The translations under genes and the position numbers were made by a program. DNA of 64,000 nt from Lingula anatina (lineage: Eukaryota; Animalia; Brachiopoda), in assembly GCA_051362555.1 (NCBI GenBank), contig CM120640.1:70038788-70102787 (forward strand), in the 5' to 3' direction. The notes below the pieces were generated by a model that worked only from the letters and a program-made list of their open reading frames with translations, had not been told where the DNA came from and did not search any database. Shown here piece by piece: positions 27,701 through 39,968 of the stretch (positions within the stretch are counted from its first letter, which is position 1; each line of letters begins with the position of its first letter).

Positions 27701-29959
27701 CCTCACTGGTGATTTATTATCAGATGATGCCTGTTATTCACAATATCTACTCAAATATAAAGAGCTACAAAGTACATTATTTCCTTTATCAAAGAGATAG
27801 ATCATTGAGTGGTAAACTAATGTTCTGTAATCAAGCAATCGTTCACTTCTTCCATTCATTTTTGCAACAAAAATTGCCATACTCTTTTTGTACTTCTAAA
27901 AGCTACCTGTGTGGCATCCATTACCAATTGATCAAACTAATATGCTATATAGCCACATAGAATGAAGTAAATGTTACCATGGAAAGACAATTAGTGTTGG
28001 TGATGGGGGTGTATATTCCAGACAATAGGGTCATTTATTTCCAGTGCCTTCCAAGTCATTTCAGAAGGAAAGATCTGAATTCATAATGCACATACCTGAA
28101 CGCCTTTGAGTCCTTACAGCATATTTGCATGTAAAAGATGGCCAGGCATTCCACAGACTCAATCAGTCCCAATGGCACATTCACAAAAGAATCCTTGAAG
28201 CGGATAAAGAGGCGGAAGTTGGACAATGCAATGGTTCCGTCTGCTGTCTTGCCCAGATACTCCACACTCTCCCCACTGAGCACTGGGAATGGGACATCCA
28301 CGTCGTCTTCATCCTTCTGCATGGGGCGCTTAGGAAACGCCTCACTGCGATGAATACACTCTAAGCTGGCTGGGCCTGGCTCCAGGGAAGCCTAGGGGGA
28401 AAATAATAAAATTAAAATAAGCTGGGTAATAATAAGATACAGGTCCACAGCCAGCAATTTCAAAAAGGGGCCAAGTGTTCTTTTTTTGATAAATGGACCT
28501 TTTACTATGAAACCTTCATGCACTTATATAAACTTTTACCCAGAACCATTTCCTAGCCAGAAAATTGCCGTTCTTTCTAACCCCTGAGCCCCTTGACTAC
28601 AGTCCTGATATACCAAAAATAGCAATAATATGAACTATACAAATTAACATCCAATTATCAGTGTAACATTTACAGCATATAACACCAGGTGCACATAAGG
28701 TCTAGTGTCTAAGATACTTGCTTTACCAACAGCTCTTTTCCTTCATGCTCTCTTGACCCTCATTATATATATCTCATACCTCTGACTATGGTACATATAT
28801 TCCATCTATATATATATATTAAGCCAGTAAAATGCTGAACAGCAACAATGTTAAACGAGCCGTGAACTAGTGAATGATATTTCCGATGGAATTTGACAAA
28901 ACATCTGATAAATTTCGGTCATGACTTCCAAATTCCTCACATATCTTATGAACAGTCATATATCATAATACTAGCTTTTCCTAGTGAGTGATGGATATGT
29001 CTAGACTGGTTAAAGAAGTATTGATTACTGACAGCCAGGTCCAGTAAAGTTCAAGAAGTGCACTTAGTAAATGAGAACTGTGTTGATTGGTGACTTCTAT
29101 TATTTAATATGCTATCAGGGGTATGCTACACATGATGAAGAATCTTCCTGTAAAATATGAGGATCATAGACCTATTCATTTCCTTATTTTTGGTAGGGCA
29201 AGGTACAAACTGACCAACTGATGGACAGAACAACGTGCTAAGCAATATACCCTTGATTCTTCAAAGGAGGGCATACTATAAAATAAATAAATAAATAAAT
29301 GTACTAAGTTATCAAGATTAATAATGTCTTTGAACTCCACACAAAAATAGATTGAAGTTCCAAAAATATTTTGAAAAATGACATCCACTAAATTCTTATT
29401 CTTATCCCCAGTCCATAAACTTAGCTCTATAGAAATCACAACAAGGAATCACATACCATATCAAAATTCAAGTCTTATTTATATAACTAAGATAGAAAAA
29501 AAAATGTAAAAAGCTTACAAATATATAACTTTTGAAATATTTCACATGTGATATAATTACATGTATTGTACAACCCACTCCATGGGTCCATAAAAAAATG
29601 CTAAAGAAGACAGCTGCAAATACCATCTAACATGCAAAGTACACATTAAGAAGAGATTTGGTTCATCTAACGACAATTGCACATGGGTAATAGTAAACTG
29701 CTTGTTCAGCACACTCACTCACCAGACTTCAGAAAGATATAAGGTTACAACAGCAATTGTTTGAAAGTGCACACAATTCACTTAAACACATTATTGCATT
29801 TATTTTTGCTTTGCAGGAAAATGAATTCACCTGTACTATTAGGAAACTGAGTTTCGATTAATGAAAATTAAAAAAGGTTAAAAAAAAAACCCAGGAGTTC
29901 AACCCAATAGGCATATACTCGAAACTTACATCATCATCATCATCTTCTTCTTCATCCAT
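17491..29959 (-). CDS. MTMR3/4: Myotubularin-related protein 3/4 (PH-GRAM, active PTP domain, coiled coil, FYVE), ~1088 aa, 15 coding exons
   Basis: Exons (-): 29959-29930, 28391-28096, 26712-26552, 26350-26254, 25737-25624, 25347-25172, 24889-24767, 24508-24397, 21211-21016, 20878-20693, 20453-20283, 20093-19086, 18623-18408, 18076-17886, 17680-17491. All introns are GT-AG; total 3267 nt in frame. Catalytic motif [18 protein letters not shown], and FYVE motifs WVPD...[13 protein letters not shown]...RVC. The first exon ([10 protein letters not shown]) is the least certain. Confidence 0.93.
21555..23337. repeat. 146-bp tandem satellite, ~12 units, with 876-bp (6-mer) higher-order periodicity
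   Basis: GGACC(T/C)ATCTCTGCCAG recurs at 21660, 21806, 21952 ... 23266 (period 146). Variant units recur 876 bp apart (near-identical ORFs at 21981 and 22857). Confidence 0.95.
23338..23542. mobile_element. Fold-back MITE with TA target-site duplication (Tc1/mariner-like)
   Basis: Imperfect inverted arms of ~90 bp (GTCAGGCGGCTCAGTCCAAATTTTATCCAGAATTGTGCAA... / ...TTGCACAATTCTGGATAAAATTTGGACTTAGCCACCTGAC), flanked by TA on both sides. Confidence 0.75.
24695..24750. repeat. (TAAA)n microsatellite
   Basis: Perfect tetranucleotide run in MTMR intron 7. Confidence 0.9.
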
Positions 29960-31757
29960 CCTTATCCCTAACACCGTTCTCAAAATATCAGTCATTGTAG
30001 CTGCCTATTTGTGACAGTATGAGGTAAAGCTGTACACAGCACAATGGTCCTCCCATTACTTATATGTGATCTAACATGTTACCACACAAACCCTGAGTGG
30101 CTGCATTGATTACCAATCTTATCTGGCCTACACTGATATGACTGAAAATGCATCCTTGAACCCAAATAAACTAGTATGCCATCAGAGTTATTCTAATCAG
30201 TTATTTATTATATATCACTTATAAAAACTTAAATCTTATACTTAAATTTGTTCGCGAAGTTACATAGCTTTCTGGTGTCTAAAACATATTGCTCATTAAC
30301 TATATGTTGCTAATTTAAGTATCTTTGATTATGATCAGCTGTAGTCACCATCTAGTTGAACTTGTCTACATACTATAATACAGCACATTTTTTAAAAATC
30401 AGAACTGAATGAAAATCATTTCGATAGCACTTAATGCATTCCCCAACATTTTCAAACATAATATAACAACTTAACCTTCAGAATTATGATCACAGTCAAT
30501 ATGTAGATATATCTTTATATCAGAGTTCAATGTTTTTTTTTTCAATATTTAACAATCAATATTGTTAATTTTTTCACCCTGCTATATATTAAAATTCTAT
30601 AATAGTGTTAAAAGTATGCTGTATAAATTCCTCTAAAAGTATAATTTAAGAAATCGCTGTGATTTTTCAAAGATCTATAGCATGATAACTTTAAATTTTT
30701 TTTGATACAGAATACCATAAAAATTCCCCTTGAGATCAAAATTTTTGACATAACACTTCCTGAACTAATTTCCTGGTTTAACTATTAACTTGAAATATCA
30801 TAGTTCAATGTTTTTTTATAATATTTAACAATCACACCCCTGATAAGATCAGCAGATATAAATTGATAGTTACATTTCATATGCCTTTTAAGCCTAAAGT
30901 TTATCAATGAAATAGATAAAATCTTGTTAGAAAAACTATTATGATGGTCACCTGATGTTGATCACAACTCTAGCTTGAAGACATGACATAGAGCATGTTC
31001 ACATTACTTGAAAACATCACTTACCATGGTACCATCAGCTGTGGAACTACACCTTTTAAATCCTACGTGAACTGAAAAGGGAAACCAAACAAAAATTAGC
31101 AGTCAATCATCTTGGGATAATTGTAATTTTAAGATGATTTATAGACATTATTTCAGTAATATATGAATAAAATGTGAATAAAGATTATTATATATGCATG
31201 AGAGCTTTGTATTCATGAAAGTTTTTAGGAGACGTATAATATGCTAACGAATTTCATACTGTGTTTTTTAAACTGTAAATAAAATGATTTGTACAAATGA
31301 GATATAATGTCATGTAAAAGTGTTCCAGCTCCCAGATCACACCTGCAGGTATTGTTTACAAACAAAATTGACCTAGATCTACATTGCGACACACCCCCGG
31401 CTTTTAGTTTTGTTTCATACCACCACTGCAGCAAGTGGTATCGGACAGAAAGTAGTATCTAATTTGATGCTTAATATTAATGAGAAGCAACATTTTCTTT
31501 CGCATTCACAGTGTGCATCAGGACGACTTTAAATAATGCAAAATCGACCGTGACAATCCAATACTACCCAAGATAAATATTCGAATTTTAGACATAAACT
31601 CATACAGACCTCTACTTATGTGCTTCACAGATTCAGAGCAAGAACTCAGTTCAAAGGGATGATGCCCGATTGCTAACTACCCAACGAGTGGGTAGTTCCA
31701 CTGGAATAAACGCGCAAAATCCCCTTTTTGACTTTCCAAAACAAGCTGTATACAAAT

Positions 31758-31793
31758 CAAAATGGCGGAGAGAACGTCAACAGACTGACGTCA
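31758..31793. promoter_or_regulatory. Probable promoter region upstream of MTMR3/4: YY1-type motif and CRE
   Basis: CAAAATGGCGG (31758-31768) and palindromic TGACGTCA (31786-31793) in a locally CpG-rich stretch. The TSS cannot be determined. Confidence 0.4.
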
Positions 31794-31896
31794 TGTGCAA
31801 TTTAATCATGTGGTGCACCAATCCAAGACAAGCCAATTTCGAAAATGAAAGTGCATGGACTATTTTAAGTGATAAGACATATTCTGAATTAATAAT

Positions 31897-32061
31897 CAGG
31901 GGCGTAACCAGGCATACGCACGGATGCACTGTGCGTACAATTTTTGAGCCAACCATGATATTATTCTCCATAAATTCAGTGTATTTTTCACGGAATATAA
32001 TCGTACCTGGGAATTTTCAAAATCTGTGCGTACAATTTTAAATGGTCTGGTTACGCCCCCG
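31897..32061. mobile_element. Short MITE with 15-bp TIRs (hAT-like CAGGGG ends)
   Basis: CAGGGGCGTAACCAG (31897-31911) vs CTGGTTACGCCCCCG (32047-32061), 1 mismatch; no clean TSD. Confidence 0.55.
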
Positions 32062-33320
32062 TGAAATAACACCGATAACACAGCTACAAACTATAACGTA
32101 GTAACATCCATTAACTTATCACAACACACATGACTTGGATGATGTTTTAATATCATCTAAAATTTTAAAAATAGTCGAATGTAGACATGTAGTCATACAG
32201 TATAAGCACGTACGTTAAAACAAACTTCAGGTAACAACATGAACTATTAACACAGCGCTTGGTGAAATATTTTAGAAACGGCGATATTTCTCCGAGTCTG
32301 CATTTGAAAGATCCAACTTATCTATCAACAACACTTAGTTATCAAACCAGGAACTCACAAAATTCTCTTGGACTGATAACTTGAAATATTTCGTGGCTTT
32401 AAATAGGCAAGTCTTTAATGATTGGATCTTTGCGGCCAACCCCAAATTCATGTCAACGAACTATCCAAATATTTAAAAAATACTGCTCATAAAGTTTTTC
32501 ATCACAATAATTATTTGTGTAACAGAAAACATGCCTGCAGACAAAAGACGGCATATCTGCTATTGTGCTTGTCATTTCGTGAAGTACACAGTCCATACAG
32601 ACTAGTATCAGCGGGTTTGCCGTCAAAGCATGGGCTTTCGGGTTTAAAATAAGAAAATTTACAGGGATAGGGTCAGAAGACATTTTTTTACTGTTTTCAA
32701 AAACCTCTGAGATCACAAAGAAATCTGCAGGTCTGTCAAATTGATTTTAACAGCTGAAAGTCACTACTACAATGAAAAATCTTCACGTGTACGTCATAGG
32801 TTACGCTTTCACCGACCACCGTAGTCGAACGTACACAGCTGTATAGAGAATGAACAAACCTTTTTGTCCTTAACGAAATGGTTTAAACTATAGCTGGTAA
32901 TTAAGCTATATCAATTAACTCACTCCTCGTTATTAAACATAACACATTACAGTGAACAAAAGAACAAAGACGGAATGTAAAGAGGTTTTATTAAAATTCT
33001 TCTGGAGCAAGCTCACATTACGTCATTGGAATTTATTGACGTCACAGCATTTAGCTCAAAATCAACTTTGAATTTTGGTTCATAATTTCTTGTTCATAAA
33101 TCCTGTGATCCGCTGCAATCTTTATAGTTGAAAGTCAACGTTTAAATAACTTATCAATGGAATAATGTCCGTGAAAATGATCTTCCTCAATTCCTCCACA
33201 AGTATACATAAATAACATGAAAACGAAAATATTTTTACAAAGTTCATAAAACATCCAGATATTCTTTAACTAGCAATTACTACATAATATTCGTTATTTT
33301 AAAAAAGTTTTATTTTTGGA

Positions 33321-36300
33321 TCATTTTCCTTTCTTTCTACTTCTTCTGGAACCATGTGCACTTGTTCCCGGACTAGATTCCCCGACGATGACCTGCCCCC
33401 CTTGAAGCTCTTCTTGCGTTACTGCTAGGCCGGGGCTGGAGAGTTTTTGTTGAGCCTCTAAATAAAACATTACGTCACGTAGTTGTTCTTTCAGATCTGC
33501 TATTTCCTAAAAATAATAACAAAAACTTATTTACCTGAAAACAGATTTATTAATATAGCTGATAAACAGAATAAAAATAGTTTATCTGCACGTTTTTCAA
33601 GATCTTTGGAGCAATGTATCGTCACGTGACTACACTTGGCGCATAATTTGCATTGATTGAGAAGGCACCATAATTCCCAGGAAATATCATTTACTTTTTC
33701 TCAGATATTTTTACGACTTCCCCGGGTGTGGTATAATTGTGATATTGTAATTGACAGATTTGAAGTACATATTAATTCTGAAAGGCATCATTTCCTTTTT
33801 TGACGGGGTTTGACACCATTTGCGTAGAAAGCTGACTATATATATAAAGGTCAGAGATTCTCCAAACAGGTCTAACCGTCTTTATCTGGGGCTGCGCACC
33901 TATTCAAGGATCGTATAGTGAGAATAGGTCTGCTGACACCCTGTGTGTTAAACACCTAACGCACCGCTTATATCCTTCGGGACCGAGTTGGTGCAATTTT
34001 TGGTACCCTCTAGGAGGGTGAGGCTTCTTAGGTAGGAAGTTGCATAATGGCAGCAAAATTACAAAGGCAATAAAAGAAACCAATCACAATCAACGTCAAT
34101 ACTGTAGATTCTCTTAGAGAGAATTATTCAATAGTCCTTGTGAACAATATTTCTTTTAGTTACTGATATTGATTGCAAAGAGCACTGGTCAACTGTTCTG
34201 TAATAGCAAGTAGTGATCAGCTTGCAATTCTTTCCTCAGACCAATATACCAGTATAGTTAGCTAACTATGATACGAAATAGCAGTCATCACCCCCCCCCC
34301 AATAAAAAATACTATTACTGTGATGACTGATCATAATCCAGCCACACATACCATATTTTTCTTTTCAGCTTCTTTGTCTACATTGACTTGCAGTTTCTTA
34401 AATTTCTCTTGCCAAGTCTGCTGATTTTCTCTTAAACATTTGTTCATTTCCTTTTCTTCCTGTAGTTCAGTTGAAAGTTTACACACTCTGGAGCTTAGCT
34501 GAAAAAAAATTGAGAATGTTCCTTAAAATTGAAGATTTATTAATTTAAGTGTGTCATTAAAATGCTTTCGTTGAATTGTATGTACTGTAGGTGGTATAGA
34601 AAATTAAAATGGCTCCTCAATTTAACGATGATGAAAAGTTCAATCAAGATTTAAATTTAACATTACAAATATTATTTTTCTTACCTGAGAACACTTTTTT
34701 TCTGCTGTTTGTTTTTCCTTGGCTGCATTTGACAATTCTGTTTCAAGTTTTTGACACTCCTCTAATGTTTTCTTGGCCCTGTTTTCAAATTCCAGCCTCT
34801 TGTTAATAAAAAATGCAAAAAAAGTTAATATTTTGCTAATATATGCAAGCTGCCAAAAAAAAAGCTCATCTATTTAATTATTTATGGTTCCAAGGAATTC
34901 TATTGAGTAATGCTTAAAGCTCTAATTTTGCTCCTGTCATAAGAGGATCATCAGGATGAATGCCCAAAAGTCGTTGAGTGTTGGTCGACCAGTGAGTGGT
35001 ACTCACTTGGTAAGGAATTCACAAAATGACCTGGTTGCTCAGATGTTGCTTGAAACTATGGCCCCATGCAGAATAGGGGACTTACTAGTCCGAGGGTCAA
35101 ATATGGCCGACCCACTTAAATACTTCTCCATGGGATATCTATTCAGTGTCTATTAGTGGATTTTAACAGCAAGCTTTGTAGTAGGTTGCCATATCTGACC
35201 CTCGAACTAGTCAGTCCTCTACTCTGAATGGGGCCTATGTAACCAACTGGGGTTACAATCGTGAAAGACTGTTTTCATTTACCTGTTCTTCATTGTTCTT
35301 CTCAATAGCTGCTATTTTTTCCTCAAAATATCTCCGCTGTGTATCCAACTGCTGAGTGAAAAAGTATGTGTACTGAAAAATATGAAAAGTGACCAGTATG
35401 ACTCGAGTTAACATTTTGATGACAGTCTTTCAAAATATACGTTAAACACAATGCCCTGACAAATATGGGCACTAGGCAACTTGTTCAGTGTTTCCACAGC
35501 ATTATTAACAATATGTTTCCAGTTAAATTTTAAGAATATCCTCTATTTACTTTTCAAAAAATATTTTTAAAATTTACTTTTTAGTAAATTAAAAGAAAAT
35601 ATTAATTTACTTCTAATGCTAACGAATCCACTTTCTCATCGGTGACTGGGTTTCCTCCCTCGTCTACCTCCACTAGTTTTCCATCAGTTTTATTCTGTAC
35701 CAGTCTGTGTACATAACCATCCCCTACATAATCCCACACCCTGTTGTTACCTAGATGCATAGAATATGTATGCTGCGTTTGCTGAAAATGCCTGTAACAA
35801 GAAAATTAGATGTGGTAGACTGAGTAAAACACAATGATTTGTCCTAGCTGAATATGTAAATATACAGTTTGCTATATCAAAGGCATTATTTTTTCATTAG
35901 CTTGACATTTGTATTCTTTATTTACTTACTGATAAGCATGCTCTCCAACATATCTTCCACAGCCTACATAGCCACATATCAAGCATATCCACAAACTCTG
36001 AAATGATAATATACCTTGGAAATACATTTTGTAACAGAGTATACTATAGATGTTTCTTCCTTTTATGTCGAAGAAAAAGGGATCTAGAAAAGCAACATAG
36101 TTATTCAGAATACTAAACAATTACCTGACTTCTGTATTTAAACAAAAAGCTAAACTAACAAATCAAAACAATCAGACTTAGATAATCATTGTAACCATAT
36201 ATATCTCTGTAAAATGCTCACCTCACTTGAGCCACACTGTAAACATTTCTGGTCTGCATCTGCCTGCTCTGGTGTCTGTACATACCTACACACAGGGCAC

Positions 36301-39300
36301 CTGGCAAGTGACACAAGTTTTCATTTAAACACTTTTGCTAAGAATTAAGTCATTACTGACATAAAAAACAACCAAGTGCATTCCTATGGACTCATGAACT
36401 AAAATAAATCAGGAGGAAACGTTGCTGGACACAGAATTCACTCCAAAAAGCTCGCACATGTCACACATCAAACCTAGATGAACATGAATGCAAGGTTATA
36501 ACATCTGTGGTATTATTTAGTTAGCCTGGTTTGAAAGGAATAATTTTACAATAGAGCAAAATAAATGTGAAAAATATTAAGAAAACAGGGTAAATATACT
36601 AGAAAAGCAGGATGTAACAAATCTTGTTTGAACAAACACAAAAACATTCATGAATATACACAAGTTTTACAAATGATTTAATATGAAAACAGATAAGTCC
36701 CCTATTGTTTTTTTAGAGGGGGGGGGGGCGGGGGGACAAAATTGTTTATAACATCAAATGCAGGAAGTTTTAGTGTGTTTGTTAAATATCATAAGACCAT
36801 ATCTGTAATCATCACTACATCACAAATTATGTGGTTCATATTCAACTTATTTATGTCATACAGCTTAGGGGTTTGAAGCCTTGATTCAAAAATGCATTTT
36901 GAAAATGGCAAACAACATACATGATACAAAAAGCGTGACACGCTACACTTACGTCAAATGCGTCTGAGAGCGACTAAGTTATAAAATGAGAAGTCTAAAC
37001 TTAGTACGCTATCCTGGACATACAACATTCATTTAACTACAGTAAATAATCTCGTCAATTAATCATATTACATAATTATATGTACTCATATGCCTGGCTA
37101 TTGACATGCACAGACCAAAATGAACTGTTAGATAAACGTAATGAGAATACCCTTACCTTGTATCCCCCCATTTTGCCAAGCAGAAGGCATGGAAAGAGTG
37201 ATTGCACAATATGGTTAGGATGCCATCCACTGAGTCATCCTGGAAGTAGCACAAGTAGCCATTTCGACAAAATTAAAGGAAATTCTTCGGTCTGTTTCTT
37301 ACCAAAATTCAAAATGAATTTAAATTAATATGAGATCCAATTATGAAAGTTACAACAAAAATCTTACCATTCTTTCTAAACACACAGGACACTTAGGGAG
37401 CTCGACCAGTCCAGACACAGGAAGAAATGCCCCCTGAAGACGAAGATGAATATAATGTACACAATTTTCAATAAATCACATCAATTAAAGACACTGACAA
37501 GAGAGCAATGATACTGTGGGAAACTGTACCAAAACCAGATCACAACAACAATTATTACAACAGATAGAAATTTATGCTACAAATACAAAGACTTTTTTAT
37601 ACCTTGAAAATAACTAACCTCAGATTCTTTTAACATTTCCACTTTGGCCACATACACCAAAACACATATGTCTGACTCAATGGAATTGAAGCGAACATTG
37701 TTAAATGCCTTATAGAATTCATCAGCATATTTCTGTAAGATGAAAAAAATCATATCACTTTCATAATAAACAATAGAAATTAGTACAGCAAAAATTTTAT
37801 GACAATTTTCCTTTAATCATAAATGTTTGGTACCTTTGATGAGTGCTTTTTGATCACTACTGCCTACCTAATTTTAGCATTTAGCCTGAAGGGAACACTT
37901 CAATTTATATAGGATGTGCTAATATGTTATTGTTATTATTATCAATATAATTATTATCAGTAATGAGCATTACCTGTCCTCTAAACTTGATCAGCACCAT
38001 GTACTGGTTAGGTGTGTTGTCTCTGATGATCCTCATGTGTTCAATACTGGGACTGAAAATGGAAAAATTTTCAACTAATTTGCTCCTAAAACATATTATT
38101 TTAAATGCTGAATCATTTCTTTTTACTTTTTTGTGTAGTAAGGATTTCTTTGTTTGGTTTCAACTCATGCATTACTTACTATACAGGAGCTACAAAATTC
38201 ATCAAGTCATGGGTTGTTAGAGCAGCAGGTACTGCCAGCATACAAATGATCTCACTTCTGGGGACATCTTCATTCAGGGGGGTCATGGCACTAGAAATAT
38301 ATATGTATATTTATTCAGGGGGGGTCATGGCACTAGAAATATATACATATATTCATTTAGGGGGCACCGGAAATACATCTTAAATCTTTTAATCAAGGAG
38401 GGGGGGGGTCACTGTACTAGATATAATACATTAAATCTTAATGAATGGTGTTAAGTGACTGGAAATATACATAGTTATACTACATGAACATCCCATAAAA
38501 TTAAGCTGAAAAGATGGGTGTACGATTTCATTGCAGATAATATTTAAGCCTCCCAAGTAAACAATAGTCTAAATCTTATATACCAGCCCTAATAACTAAT
38601 CAAACTATAAAGACATTTTAATATATTACATTCCTATACCTGTCTTTATAAAAATGCATCATTCCTTCTGTCATTTCAGTCCTCTGGTTTCCACACATAA
38701 ACCACATGGAGTCTGGGTTATTAGGACTGTGACTGATAGGACGTGACTTACTGCTGCTTGGTCTAGAATTAGTGGATCCACTGTCAGAACTTAAAGGAGA
38801 GCACCTGGTGTCTAATGGGGAGTACCTACTAGGATTGTCTTTAGAATAACTCCCTGCGGAAAAGACACGTTCTCTTTTAGACCTCACGGTTGCTTCCTCT
38901 CCTGCTGTGTCACAAGCTGGTGGAGCATTCTTTGAGTGCTTTGAGTTACCGTCACCCAAGGGAGTGGATGTCCTGGAGTTAGACCCTCTTTTGTCACTAC
39001 CTCCAGGTGCTTCAGTCTCCTCCATGTCATGTATAGGCTGGAAGACTTGTTCTCTGTCAGATCCATCATCTTGTTGTTTGTCTGAATTTAAATAAGTCAC
39101 TTCCTTTGAAACTTTTGCTTCCTGCTCTGTCATCTTTTCTAAAAAGTAACATATAAATAAAGAAGTATGAAACATACATAAAAATGTTGTAGCACTACAG
39201 TCAAAACTGGTGTGCAGGCAGTAATCTATTAGTGCAAAATAGTCCATTAAAATAGAGGTATGTTCACATTTACAAATACTTAATTTTCATGTCATTCGGT

Positions 39301-39968
39301 CCATTCATTCATTAAAAAAAATAACACAAACTAGAAAAATTAATAAATAAAACCAAAAAGTCCTTCATTGATGGATTTTGAATATCCATCATAGGGATTA
39401 TAAGACTATATAAAACCTAAAATCTGGAGCTATTAATTATTCAAAGTTAATTAAAAGATACTAAAACAAAACGATAACTATAAATGTTACTCACCATCAA
39501 AATATATTGTTTCTACAATTATTTCTATAAACTCTCTTCTCCCTCTGAACTGGGCAATAATTTCTGGTGTGATTTTAAGTTTTGGGGAACTCACAGCCTG
39601 GGCATATGTTTTATTGTCCTCAATTTCATGTTGATCCTTGAAATATGGTGCTAAAAAGAGGGGTTTAAAGGAATAAATATTTATAGACAGTCTGACAATA
39701 CAACGTGCTACAATTACAATACTTTTTCTCTTCAATAAATCATCGGTCATACTACAGAAACAATCAGTTTGAAATACGTGTTGGGGGTATCATTAAATGC
39801 TCTCTGTAACTTAAGGGCACTGTTGTTGTTCTTCTTATAACACAAACCTGTGTAGCAAATGTCTTTCAGATATGGTGCATGATCGGCGATTTCAAACCTC
39901 AGAACAGCTAATGATACAGCATGAGGGGGTTCTAAACACTGGTAACTGTTTCCCTTACTCTTCGACAT
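33321..39968 (-). CDS. BRAP: BRCA1-associated protein (BRAP2/IMP; RRM-like, RING-H2, UBP-type zinc finger, coiled coil), ~697 aa, 15 exons
   Basis: Exons (-): 39968-39848, 39650-39495, 39138-38640, 38290-38180, 38052-37974, 37732-37619, 37433-37368, 37239-37157, 36300-36222, 35997-35930, 35791-35611, 35372-35283, 34798-34685, 34498-34352, 33506-33321 (2094 nt, in frame). Motifs IIRDNTPNQYMVLIKF, ELPKCPVCLERMD...LCNHSFH...CPVCRY, LWICLICGYVGCGRY...HAY, RVWDYVGDGYVHRL, EQLRDVMFYLE. Confidence 0.95.
33646..33680 (+). promoter_or_regulatory. snRNA distal sequence element: octamer plus ZNF143/Staf-type motif
   Basis: ATTTGCAT at 33646-33653 (about -225 from the U4atac start) and ACCATAATTCCCAG at 33667-33680 (resembles the ACTACAATTCCCAG ZNF143-associated motif). 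A GTCACGTGAC E-box lies at 33621-33630. Confidence 0.65.
33813..33848 (+). promoter_or_regulatory. snRNA proximal sequence element-like box plus TATA-like run
   Basis: ACACCATTTGCGTAGAAAG at -61..-43 of U4atac (position and CACC...AAAG shape match a metazoan PSE); TATATATATAAA at -37..-26. Confidence 0.5.
33874..34019 (+). ncRNA. RNU4ATAC: U4atac minor spliceosomal snRNA
   Basis: The 5' end AACCGTCTTTATCTGGGGCTGCGC parallels human U4atac AACCATCCTTTTCTTGGGGTTGCGC (recalled). Perfect 8-bp stem ACCTATTC/GAATAGGT (33898-33905/33922-33929) closes a K-turn (AAG bulge, GA...GA). TGCTGAC stem-I region can pair with U6atac GUUAGCA. 3' stem GCACC/GGTGC carries a cUUCGg loop. Sm site AATTTTTGG at 33995-34003. 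Confidence 0.92.
35060..35235. mobile_element. PIF/Harbinger(Tourist)-like MITE, 3-bp TSD TAT
   Basis: Inverted ends GGCCCCATGCAGAATAG.../...CTACTCTGAATGGGGCC. The internal TCAAATATGGCCGACCCACTT is shared with copies at 51066 and 58164. Confidence 0.7.

Noticed and set aside
32560-32860. Possible telomerase RNA on the minus strand (TGACTTTCAGC and AAAAAAATGTC resemble the vertebrate pseudoknot strands; CCCTATCCCT resembles a template)
   Set aside because: There is no CTAACCCT template upstream of the motifs, the P3 pairing is only ~3 bp, and the template-like word lies on the wrong side. A covariance-model search would be needed to revive it.
34930-35050. Intronic C/D-box snoRNA in BRAP
   Set aside because: The TGATGA and CTGA words are in the wrong order on the host strand and there is no terminal stem.
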